A stretch of DNA of 64,000 bases, from contig NW_026576619.1 of NCBI RefSeq assembly GCF_028641065.1, positions 248,001 through 312,000 on the forward strand, given 5' to 3'. The notes below the pieces were generated by a model. That model had not been told where the DNA came from. It saw only the letters and a list, made by a program, of their open reading frames with translations, and ran no database searches. A program made the position numbers and the translations under genes. This document shows, piece by piece, positions 11,018 to 22,700 of the stretch. Origin of the DNA: Leucoraja erinacea (Eukaryota). Positions within the stretch are counted from its first letter, which is position 1; the number at the start of each line of letters is the position of its first letter.

Positions 11018-11514
11018 GGTATGATTTCCGATAATATCACGCCGTGTTTATTAATAAACATACAGTCGCGCTGGAAAGAGACAGACATGGGCGGTGGGTT
11101 TCCTGTTTATTCACGGTTCGAGGGGGCAGTCTGCAAACGTGAAGAACAAAGATCGTCTAATCGCGGGGATCAGATTACACTTAGAGCATGAAGTGCAGAC
11201 CCAGGCCTGACCGACAATAATAACTGGTCTGTGGTCAGATGTCCATCTCCCGATGCCTCGATTGCAACATCGCCCCCCCCCCCCCCCCCGTCACCTTCCA
11301 TTCACCCCCCCCCCTCCCAGCTTTACAGTCCACCATTGTATCTCCTTCCTCCCCCTTTACCCCCCCCCTCTGTCCATTAACCCCCCCTCGCCCTCTCATC
11401 CTCTGTGTCCACTTATCACTCGCCACGCTTTTCCCCGCCCCACCTCACCTACCTTCACCCGCCCCCAGCTCCCCGCTCCATCCGTCTGAAGAAGAGTCCA
11501 GATGTCCATTCCCT

Positions 11515-11950
11515 CCACAGATGCTGCCTGACCCGCTGAGTTACTCCCGCACTCTGTGAAACGTCACCTATCCATGTTCTCCACAGATGCTGCCTGACCC
11601 GCTGAGTTACTCCAGCACTCTGTGAAACGTCACCTATCCATGTTCTCCACAGATGCTGCCTGACCCGCTGAGTTTACTCCAGCACTCTGTGAAACGTCAC
11701 CTATCCATGTTTCTCCACAGATGCTGCCTGACCCGCTGAGTTACTCCAGCACTCTGTGAAACGTCACCTATCCATGTTCTCCACAGATGCTGCCTGACCC
11801 GCTGAGTTACTCCAGCACTCTGTGAAACGTCACCTATCCATGTTCTCCACAGATGCTGGCCTGACCCGCTGAGTTACTCCAGCACTCTGTGAAACGTCAC
11901 CTATCCATGTTCTCCACAGATGCTGCCTGACCCGCTGAGTTTACTCTCCA
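11515..11950 (+). repeat. 66-bp tandem repeat (~6.5 copies) derived from the Penelope-like element end
   Basis: Unit ATGCTGCCTGACCCGCTGAGTTACTCCAGCACTCTGTGAAACGTCACCTATCCATGTTCTCCACAG. An inverted mini-array is at ~25820-25980. Confidence 0.92.
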
Positions 11951-12814
11951 GCGCGTTGTGGTTTGCTGTGGTTAGGCTCATTGGGAATTACTGGTCAAAG
12001 CAGAAACGTCTTCCCCTGCCAGGCGAAGGCAGGGAGGAGATCTGGTCGAAGTGGTTTTAAGTTGAGCAAGGATTGGATTGGATGGGCACGGGACAGATGC
12101 TTCCACGAGGGGATGTGGGGAGAGGGGGACGGGTGGATATTGGACTAGAGGTCACCTCTGAAAAGTTAATAAATGAACAAGGAGCCGCGAGGCGGTGAAA
12201 GGATCAAACACCAGGTGGAGGTTTACATCGAAGAGGGTCAGAGAAGGCGGAAACTAGAGATATGTAAACGGTTAAAAAGGAGTTACAGCCGGCAACGATG
12301 GCCAAAGAGCCCACAATGGTCCATTGTTGGCTGGGAGGGGGGGAGGGTGATATTGAGGGGATACGAAGGGGGAAACTAGCAGGACGATTAAGAAACAGTT
12401 AGATAGGTACAGGTACATGCCGTGGACAGGACAGGTTTGGAGGAATATGGACCAAACGCAGGCTGGTGGGACTAGTGTAGATGGGATATGTTGGCCGGTG
12501 TGGGTAAGTTGGGCCGAAGGGCCTGTTTCCAGACTGTGTCTATGACTAGGGTGGTGTGGGGTGTGTGTGTGTTTTGGGGGGGGGGGGGGTACAGAGAGAG
12601 ACGGGGTGCAAGAGCAACATTTTGTGTCTATCCTATTGGGAATAGTTGGGGCCAAGAGCGGAGATAAATATCAAGAATCCAAATTGTTTCCTCGCCAACA
12701 GCGTGGGGTCTGTGATCGCTGTTGTTCATTATAAAGACATCGGGGACTTTGTTATTATCTTGCACAATGTTACAGACCTTGGACCAGTTCCTGCAGATCA
12801 GATGACACCAAATG

Positions 12815-12965
12815 TGGCGCAGCAGCAGAGTTGCTGCCTTACAGCGCCGGAGACCCGAGTTCGATCCTGACTACGGCTGCTGCATGTACGGAGTTTGCAC
12901 GTTCTCCCCGTGACCTGCATGGGGTTTCTCCCTATCCTCCAACAACCTATAGGTTTGTAGATTAA
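12815..12965 (+). mobile_element. HE1-like tRNA-derived SINE
   Basis: A-box-like TGGCGCAGCAG, B-box-like AGTTCGATCC, and core GAGTTTGCACGTTCTCCCCGTGAC. Confidence 0.75.
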
Positions 12966-13045
12966 TATAAAATATACTGAAGTTTGTAAGACAGACACGA
13001 AAAGCTGGAGTGACTCAGCGGCATCTCTGGAAAGAAGGAATGGGT

Positions 13046-13073
13046 GACGTTTCGGGTCGAGACCCTTCTTCAG
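13046..13073 (-). ncRNA. Minimal type I hammerhead ribozyme core in a Penelope-like repeat
   Basis: - strand CTGAAGA-A-GGGTC-TC-GACCC-GAAA-CGTC matches CUGANGA / stem II / GAAA / GUC. Confidence 0.6.
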
Positions 13074-13439
13074 ACTGAAGTTGGTAACAATATTGTTAGA
13101 GGAATTGTACACAGCACACTCGCGTAATTCGGCAATGTATTGGTGACCAGTCTTTAATTGACAGATGGAGCATGAAAACAGGCCGTTGGGCCCATCGAGT
13201 CGGCGCTAACTATAGTTCTAAGTTAAGCCCGTCTACACGTGTGGTAATTTACACAGAAGGCCAATTAGCTTTCAAACCCGCACGGCGTTCGGACGCGGCA
13301 GGAAACCGGAGCACCCGGAGGAAACCCACGCGGCCACAAACATATCCTGGACCTTGTGGCGGGTGTGTGGGCGGCGGGAGGGGACTGGCCCTTTAAACAC
13401 AAACTTCCTTTTCGCAAAACAAGAGGCCCCGTCTCTGCC

Positions 13440-13515
13440 TTTGCTCCAATCAGCCGGATTCCAGAAGGCGGTGACTGGCTCCAGCGTCGTAGAGAGAGAG
13501 GGGGAGAGGGACAGA

Positions 13516-13550
<35 letters not shown>

Positions 13551-13746
13551 GGGGGAGGAGGGAGGGAGGGAGGGAGAGAGCGGGGGGAGTGTTTGAGAGG
13601 CTGCGGGGAAGAGGGCGGTGAACGGTGACGTTACCGACTCTGATCCGTCAGCCCGGTTTCCCGGGGCGCCATGAAATGTCGGGATGGACGCGGGCAGATC
13701 AATCCGGAATAGGCGGAGGGGATCCCCCTTGTACAGACGGGTAAGT
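13440..13746 (+). promoter_or_regulatory. PAQR6: CpG-rich promoter and probable first exon of PAQR6
   Basis: CCAAT at ~13446, a (GA)n tract, high CpG density, and a strong donor ACGG|GTAAGT at 13740/13741 upstream of the PAQR6 coding exons. Confidence 0.5.
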
Positions 13747-16521
13747 TGCCCCCCCCCCTCTCCGCTCCGTTACTGAATCATTTCCAAACTGGTCCACTCA
13801 ATGGAAAGGCCGAACCGCGGGCGGGTTTAACTGTTCACGGCTGGTGCAACGTATCCTGGAGACGGATGTCGGGGCGAGGACATCTGCAACTTTGAAAAAA
13901 CTTTGCATCACGCTCGGGCAGACATAAACCCTTCGGTAAATAAAACTGAACATTTTATCAAAATATCAAATAGGATCCATTAAACTAGAGAGGGGGTGGG
14001 GAGAGGAGGGGTGGGGAAGGAGGGAAGGGAAGAGAAAGGAAGAGGAGAGAAAGGGAGGATGAGGAGAGAGAGGGAAAGGGTGGTAAGGGAGGTGGGAGGG
14101 GGAGGGGAGGGGGGGGGAGGAGGGGAGGAGCGGAGAGGGGTGGAGAGGATAGGGGGTTGTTGACGGGAGGGGAGGGGAGGAGATNNNNNNNNNNNNNNNN
14201 NNNNNNNNNNNNNNNNNNNNNNNNNNNNNNNNNNNNNNNNNNNNNNNNNNNNNNNNNNNNNNNNNNNNNNNNNNNNNNNNNNNNCGGTCACGTAGTCTAA
14301 ATGGAACCGATATTAATCCACATCCAGTTCGCAAGTCAGCAGTCTATGCTGGTGATGTGAAGCGTTTGGGTGTTCTAGCACTTAACGTTGCCGTCCTGTC
14401 CACCCCCCCTTCCCTTTTTTATCCCGTACAAGGCCAACCGGAGCACTCAGCCGCCCCCACCTCACCACAAACCCTCAGGCCCCTCTCTCACCCTCACCCA
14501 AACAACCCAGCAAGCCCTTAAACCCGCTGCCCCCCTCCTCCCNNNNNNNNNNNNNNNNNNNNNNNNNNNNNNNNNNNNNNNNNNNNNNNNNNNNNNNNNN
14601 NNNNNNNNNNNNNNNNNNNNNNNNNNNNNNNNNNNNNNNNNNNNNNNNNNNNNNNNNNNNNNNNNNNNNNNNNCCCCCCCCCCGTTCCACGGGATGATCG
14701 CCCCCCCCTCCCCCCCCCCCCACACCCCCGCGCCCCCCCCCCCCCCACCCCCCCCCCCCCCCCCCCCCCGCCCCCCCACCCCTGGGACTATCAGCTAGTT
14801 CCTACCCCGCGGTGGTTAGCGTGTAATCACACGCGCGTCGGCCGACTTTTGGAGGCGTGTTTAGCTACTACCTCTCCTTTCTTTCCCCTCTTCTCCTTCC
14901 TCGTGTCTCTCTCCACAACCAATTTAAAGTAAATGGACAGGTACTAACTACACTACGAAGATTATAACTATTGAGACGGACACTCGGACCTATACTGACA
15001 AGATGAAACTATAGGTTGCTGTTTCCCTGAATCATAACCATAATCCTGATTCTACTTACAACAACCTGATACACCAAAGACTCAAAGACATATGATAACG
15101 GACGGATCATCCAATCAGTATCACGTGGTGGGAAATTAAAATAAGTTCATCTCAGATTCAGATTCAGATTCAGTATTGTCACATGTCGTGGACAGAGTAC
15201 GGGAACACGAAAATGCACTGTGTAGCATCAACTAACCCAGGCGACATAGCAAGTTTTGATAAATCATAGCAATATGAATCCGGGGGGCGGGTGGTGATTG
15301 GCTCACCGGGTACGTTGTTGAGTAGAGTGATGCCGCTCCCCTAGTCTGTCTCCGCGCCTTGCGGGTTTCGGTCAAGCGGGAGACCCTGTTAGCGCCTCCC
15401 GGATGGTAGGAGGTACACATCCATGGTGTTTGGGGTGAGAGCAGTCGTATGGCGATGCTGAGCGCTCTCCGCACACAGCGCTTGCTTTGGCACAGATACA
15501 GGAAATATTGGGGAAATTAATTGGATTTATAAATTGGCCACCCCTGATCTGGAATGGCCTTAATGAAGCAGAGTAGCCTTTGGTATGGACTGCCATGGTG
15601 TGAAACCATAGATCGAGAGTACTATTACAAGGTCAAGCGCTGGTAGAGGGTCAGAGCAGTGAGGATCACAGGGGCCAACAAACTTTCGCCAACTCACAGA
15701 AGAGGCGAGTTGACTCATACTGCTTATCAAGTAAGGTTGGGAAAAGCCGCACAAGAGAGGTCCTCGATAACAATCACGGTAGACAAGATTGGAGGTGCTG
15801 CGTCTCAACACGCGTGAGGCAGTCATCCGTAATGTTATGGGGTGCTGTGAAACCAAGGTGAGGTAGAGTCTAGGGCGATGGAGTCGGGGGACTCTTGGGG
15901 AGAAGGCAATACACGTGAGCAAATTATTGGATTGGGGACCTGTCCCAGAGGGCCAGTGGATCGGCGGTGCTGAGTCGACCGTTGGATTGGACTCTTTACT
16001 TGAGATGAGTTTATATATTAGGTCTAGGGCTAGATTGGTGGAGTCAAAGGATACTCGGGGAAGAGCTCAGGCACGGGTAAACTCGATTGGTTTGACCGGT
16101 CAGTTTCCTTGTCTAACCACAATGAATGGCGGTGCTGGCTCGAAGGGCCGAATGGCCATCCCTCAAAGGTCACTCATCCTGGCGGGGGGGGGGTCTGGGG
16201 CGGGGGGCGGTTGTCCGTCGGGGGCATCGATTTTGGTATTTGACAAGAGTTTGCTGCCTTAGAGCGCGTAGGGACCCCGGGTTTCAATCCGAGTCTTACG
16301 GGTGCTGTCTGTGTGGAGTTTGCACGTTTCTCCTCGTGACCGGCGTTGGGTTTTCTTTCTCCTCAGGGTCATCTCTACGCATTCGAGGGGGTTAGTTCAA
16401 CCCCCCCCACACTCAGTTAAGACAGTGTACTGTGAAGTTCACTGGATTTCTTTGTTCGGGAGCTTGGGCTGAGACTTGGTGCTCCTGTATGTGCCACTTC
16501 ACACGGACTGTCTCTTGGCAG

Positions 16522-16762
16522 CGTACTTCCTGTGGCGGCTTCTGGTGTCCTGGCACTCGGTGGACTTCGTACAACGAGGCCTACGCCTGGCCTCTCCTCG
16601 TCGTAACGTGTTCTTTCAGCTGCCTCTACCCGTTCACCTCGCTAGCTGCGCGCACACCTTCAGGCACCATGTTCAAGCCGTAACGCCCGCCACGTCCTGC
16701 ACTGCCTCGGCTACGGTGGCCGACTGCTCGGGCACAACTAGCAAGCTTACAAATACGATTAG
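16522..16762 (+). CDS. PAQR6: PAQR6 coding exon (frameshifted in this assembly)
   Basis: YFLWRLLVSWHSVDF, NEAYAWPLL and SCAHTF are split across frames. Confidence 0.7.
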
Positions 16763-19700
16763 GTACAGACCGTGCCCCAGCCATGTAGACAGTCCTATGT
16801 GTAACTCCTGAAAACTCAACCTCCCTCCATAACCCCAACTGAGTCTAACAAAACCCCCACCCCAACCCTCCAAACCCTCCCTCCCCCCAAGCCCCTCAGC
16901 TCCCTCTCCTCTCCCTCCCTACCTCCCTCCCTCTCTCCCCCCTCCCCCCCTCCCCCTCCCTGAGGTCTCTCCCTCCGCCCTCCCTCTCCCCCGCACTCCC
17001 TCTCCCACCTCCCCCCTCTCACTCTCTCCCTCACTTCTCTCTCTCCCTCCCTGCCACCAACCCTCTTCTCCTCTCCCTCCCTCCCTCCCTCCCTCTGTCT
17101 CCCTTTACCTATGCGTCTCTGGGTCTTTCCTCCCCCCCACTTCCTCCCGTTCCTCTCTCCCCACCTGTCCCTCTCTTCCACTCCCCCCTTTCCCCCGACT
17201 CCCCTCCCTCCTCCCTCATCTCCTCTCCCTCTCTTCCCTCCCCTCTTTCCCTCCCCCCTTTTCCCTCCCTCTCTTCCCTTTTCTCTCTACCCTCGCTTTT
17301 CCCTTTCCGAACCCCCGCAGACACCCCTCTCTATCCTCCTTTCCCTCCCCCGCACCCCTCCTCCCTCATCCCTCCCTCCTCTCCCTCCCTCCTCTCCCTC
17401 CCTCCCTCCCTCCCTCCCTTTCCTCCGCTATCTTTTCTTCTCCCGATCTCCCACTCCCTCATACTCCCTCTCTCCGACCCCCCCAACCTGGTTCCCCCCT
17501 CTCCTCTCCCTCCACCCCCTTCTTCTCCCCCCACTCCTTCTCCTCTCCTTCTCCCCCCCTCCCTCCCCTCCCCTCCTCTCCCTACCCCGCCTCCGCCTCC
17601 CTCCCTCCATCCCTCCCTCCCTCCCGCTCTCCCTCTCTCTCTCCCGTCACCCCCCCCTCCCTCTGTACCTCCCCCCCCCCCCGCCACCCCAACCACCTCC
17701 AAGCTCTCAGTCGCTCTCTCCACGTTTGTCCACGCCCCCCCCCCCCCCCCCCCCCCAATGCGAGTGTGCAAAATATCCCTCGCAGCCTGCCGGTGTCCTT
17801 GTGCTCCAGGGAGGACTGAGAGAGACAGAGGCATTGTCTTGGGTCAATAAAGACCCGATTCACGGCCTTGTTATTGAGAACATGACTGAATAAATCTGCC
17901 GCCTACACGTTCCTCGCGCTTCCCACAGTAACCCGCGCACCGCTGCATGTCTAAAACACAGACCAAGCCTTGCAGCGATCACAACGTCAACTCAAATGTA
18001 CGTTTCACCGAGAATGCGTTGTTATTTTCACTTCTCGTCCTCTTGAGACGTTTGGACACGCTAGAGGCAGGAAACATGTTCCCGATGTTGGGGGAGTCCA
18101 GAACCAGGGGCCACACAGTTTAAGAATAAGGGGTCGGCCATTTAGAACGGAGACGAGGAAACACTTTTTGTCACAGAGAGTTGTGAGTCTGTGGAATTCT
18201 CTGCCTCAGAGGGCGGTGGAGGCCGGTTCTCTGGATGATTTCAAGAGAGAGTTAGATGGGGCTCTTAAAGATAGCGGAGTCAGGGGATATGGGGAGAAGG
18301 CAGGAACGGGGTACTGATTGTGGATGATCAGCCATGATCACATTGAATGGAGGTGCTGGCTCGAAGGGCCGAATGGCCTCTACTCCTGCACATATTGTCT
18401 ATTGTCATGCACTGTGTGTTCTGGGAATGTGTCAGCGGTTACACGAGGAGTTTAATGAAATTACCAGTGGGAATAAACTTGTGGAGACAAAAAAAATAAT
18501 TAGTTAAAAAGGCAATAAGTGGCCGAGACCCGATGACTTTAATTCTGGAGTTGCCATGGTGATTACAGGCGCGGTAATTATAACTCTTCAATGTTCCATA
18601 TTCCCATGAATGGGTTGCGCGGACTGAAATGTCCCCTGGTCAGGACAGAGTGAGCCGAGTAGCTGTGACCACAGTGCAACACAACGCAGGCTGACAGAAG
18701 TACGAGTTCTCACCTGCCCCCAACAGTTTGCAGGGATTCCGTGCACAGGACAAGTTCATATATTCATAAACTCATAAACCATAGGAGTGCGTCGCCATCT
18801 GGTGAACGAGGGTTCGATTAACCAGTGGCCCCATGTGACCAGTGGCACAATGAGGCCATTCAGCCCATCAAGTCGACACTACCATTCAATCATGGCTGGT
18901 CTATCTCTCCCTCTCAACCCTTCTCCCAACCNNNNNNNNNNNNNNNNNNNNNNNNNNNNNNNNNNNNNNNNNNNNNNNNNNNNNNNNNNNNNNNNNNNNN
19001 NNNNNNNNNNNNNNNNNNNNNNNNNNNNNNNNNNNNNNNNNNNNNNNNNNNNNNNNNNNNNNNNNNNNNNNNNNNNNNNNNNNNNNNNNNNNNNNNNNNN
19101 NNNNNNNNNNNNNNNNNNNNNNNNNNNNNNNNNNNNNNNNNNNNNNNNNNNNNNNNNNNNNCTGGAGACTCACCTGGTCACAGGTAGAAGGCGCGGACTC
19201 CAGAAAGAGAGCGCCTGGGGCCGGGATCGAACCCGGCTCGCTGGTGCATCTCCGACAGGGGCAATATGTTGCCCGATTTAATGTTGGGAACAGCAGATAC
19301 AGTCTCCAGACAAGCTAAAGCCCGTTCTCATTCAATGATCCGTGATGTGACTACTTTAAAAAGTAACTATTCAACAGAAGAGAGTTTTAGATTCCGTGAC
19401 CGTCAGATCCTAGAACCAACTTCATTGGACCTACCGCCCATCTCCTTCGCCCCCTCTCTGTCACTCTGTGTTTCTCTCCCGTGGTAGACGCCAAATGCTG
19501 GAGTAACTCAGCGGGACAGGCAGCATCCCTGGACAGAAGGAATAGGTGGCGATTCATGCCAGTCTGAAGAAGGGTCTCGACCAGAGACGCTGCCTGTCCC
19601 GCTGAGTTACTCCAGCATCTTGTGGCCATCGTTGGTTTAAACCAACATCTGCAGTTAGTTCCTACACATCTTCCCTCCCATTGTGTGGAATTTATTAATG

Positions 19701-22700
19701 CTCGATCCTGGGCCCTGGTCTACTGCGCTGTAGGACCGGGGGTTTCTCTGCTCCCCGCCAACGCATTTCTAATTTCTCCTCCATAGGATGTGCCATCACC
19801 TACCGAGCCTATATAATGGCTGACCGCTGGATCAACAATGCTCTACACACCTGCTTTGTCCCCGTGGCCGCGTTGAACACCTTGGTTTGTACAACACTCT
19901 CCTGTTACTCCAGGTAGGCCCGGTTACATGATAATCCCATTAGTTCACGTCCGGATCTAGCTCCCAACACACTTAACGGGGCGAGGGCCGAACGGCCTTC
20001 TCTGTTCAAACGTTATAGGAGTAGAATTAGGCCATTCGGCCCATCGAGTCCACTCCGCCATTCAATGCTGGCTGATGTCTCCCTTCTAATCCCATTCTCC
20101 TGCCTTCTCCCCATTACCCCTGACACCCGTTCTAATCAAGAGTTTGTCTATCTCTGCCTTAAAAATATCCACTGACTTGTGGCCTCCACAGCCGCCTGTG
20201 GCAAAGAATTCCACAGATTCGTCACCCACTGACTAAAGAAGATTCTCCTCACCTTCTAAAGGTACGCCCTTTAATTCTGAGGCTGTGCCCTCTGGTCCTA
20301 GACTCTCCCACTAGTGGAAACATCCTCTCCACATCCATTCTATCCAGACCATTCACTATTCTGTAAGTTTCGATGAGGTCACCCCCTCATCCTTCTAAAC
20401 TCCAGTGAGTACAGGCCCAGCGCCGACAAACGCTCATCGTATTTTAACCCACTCATTCCTGGGATCGTTCTTGTAAACCTCCTCTGGACCCAGCTGAGGG
20501 GCTGGTGCAGGGGTCAAGGATTTAGATTTATAGACCACTGGGATCTATTCTGGGCCGAATGGCCTACTCCTGCACCTATTGTCTATTGGCTATTGACCCT
20601 CTCCAGAGCCGGCACATCCTTCCTCAGACTGGCCAATAGGAGCCACATCCCGTTCTTGTGAATTCATTAGTTCTAGGGCAGAATTGGGCCATTCGGCCCA
20701 TCAAGTCTACTCCGCCATTCAATCATGGGTGATCAACCTTTCCCTCTCAATCCCATTCTCCTGCCTTCACCCCGTGAACCCTGACACCAATTGAGAATCT
20801 ATGTATCTCTGTCTTGAAAGTATTAACTGACCAAAGATCTCCGGCCGTCTGTGGGATCTTTGATCTCTGGGATGTGATGGCCGTTGTGTGACTGGATGGC
20901 AGGAGATAGTAACCGAGAGGCGGAATGAGCCAGGCCCGACCTCACTGCCTCCCTGACTTTGTGCTGCAGGTTCCTGGAGGTGGAGCAGCCTCGTCTCAGT
21001 AAAACCCTCCGGTTAGTCGCCTTCGCCTATCCCTTCCTGTTCGACAACTTGCCGCTATTCCACAGGGTAAGTCCGTGGGTGTGGGGGGGGGGGGGGGGGG
21101 GTGGGTGGAGGAATGGGTGCTGAGTGCACTGGACTGGGAGTCTCAGCCTCGGCGTCTGGGTGACAGAGAGAGCGTGGCAGTCAAGAAGCTGGAGTAACTC
21201 AGCGGGGCAGGCAGCATCTCTGGAGATAGGTTTTTGGTCTTCAATCTGAAGGGGGAGGGGGGGGAGGGGAGGGGGTGGGAGGAGAGCGAGTGGGGGAGAT
21301 GAGGGGGGGGGGGGGGTGGGAGGAGGAGGGGGGCGAGGGGGCAGATGAGGGGGGTTGGGTGGAGAATGGGGGGGGGTCAGCCTCTCCCTCTCTCTGCTGC
21401 AGCTATTCCCTCTGTGGGGGAGGGGGTGGTTGGGAGGGGGGGGAGAGAGGGGGTTGGGTGGACGGGGGTAGGGGGGTGAGAAGGGGAGGGGGAGGGGGAG
21501 ATGTTGGGGGGGGGGGGGGAGGGGGTTGGGGGAGATGAGGGGGGGCTATTTCTGGTTGGGGAGGGGGAGATGAGGGGGAGGGGTGGGGGGAGATGAGGGG
21601 GGAGGTTTAGGGGGGGGGAGGGGAGGGGGGGGGGGGCGGAGAGAGAAGGGGAGGAGAGAGAGAGAGAAAGAAAAAAACACAGGGGGGGGGCGAAAGGGGG
21701 GGAGGGGGGGGGGGGGAGGAGGAGGGAGGAGGGGGGGGGGGGTGGGAGGGGGACGGGGGGGGAGGGGGGGAGAGGGGGTGGGGGGGGGGGGGTGAGGGGG
21801 AGATGAGAGGGGGTTGGGGGGGGGGCAGATGAGGGGGCCTCTCTGAGGGGGGGGGAGGGGGTTGGGAGGAGGAAGGGAGGGGGGGGAGGAGGGTGCTGAG
21901 GGGGGGGGGGGATGGCGCAGAGGGGGAGGGGTGGGAGGGGGGAGTGAGGAGAAGGAGAAGGAAAGATGGGGAGGGGCGATCGGGTGGGGGGGAGGGGTGA
22001 GGAGGGGGTGGAGGGGGGGAGGGGGAGCTGGGGGGAGGGGGGAGAAATGAGGGCTGCAGCTATTTCTCTGTTGGGGGGGGGGGATGATGAGGGGGAGGTG
22101 GGATGAGTTGAGGGGGGGGTGGGAGGTGGACGGGGGGAGGGGGTGTGAGGGGGGAGGGGGAGGGAGGGGGGTTGGGTGGAGAATGTTCAGCCTCTCCCCC
22201 TCTCTCTGCTGCAGCTATTTCTCTGTTGGGGGTGACGACTGCAGCCACAACGCCTCTGTGCCTACCCACTACTGGCCACCTGCTGTTCGCCTTCCTCACC
22301 TGCTTCCTCTTCGCCTCTCACCTGCCCGAACGCCTTGCCCCGGGCTGCTTCGATTACATCGGTGAGTCTTGGGGGCGGTGGGAGGATGAGCGGAGCGGGT
22401 TTGGGGGCCTGGAGCTGGTGGGGGCGGTGGGGGAGGGAGTGACGGTGATGGGCGCCTGATTACTCTCACATTTGGAGTATTGTGAGCAATTCTGGGCACC
22501 ATATTAAGGGTCTATAAGTTACTCACAATATTCCAAATGCGGCCTGACCAGCGCCTTATAGAGTTTGTATTCAAGTCCTCTTGATATAAATGCTAGCATT
22601 GAATGTCCATTCCTTAACAGCGATTCGATTTGCAAATTAACTTTTTGGGAATCCTGCACCAGCTCCCAAATCGCCCTGCACCTGTTGCCAGGTACCCGTC

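Noticed and set aside
11515-11950. CRISPR-like array (also 40555-40910 and 54615-55080)
   Set aside because: The units are contiguous with no unique spacers, the context is eukaryotic, and there are no cas genes.
14290-16100. N-terminal PAQR6 exons (MLSLKLP.. / SGYR..NETVNIWTH)
   Set aside because: No convincing match; the region is garbled and gap-flanked, so the exons are probably in gaps or unreadable.
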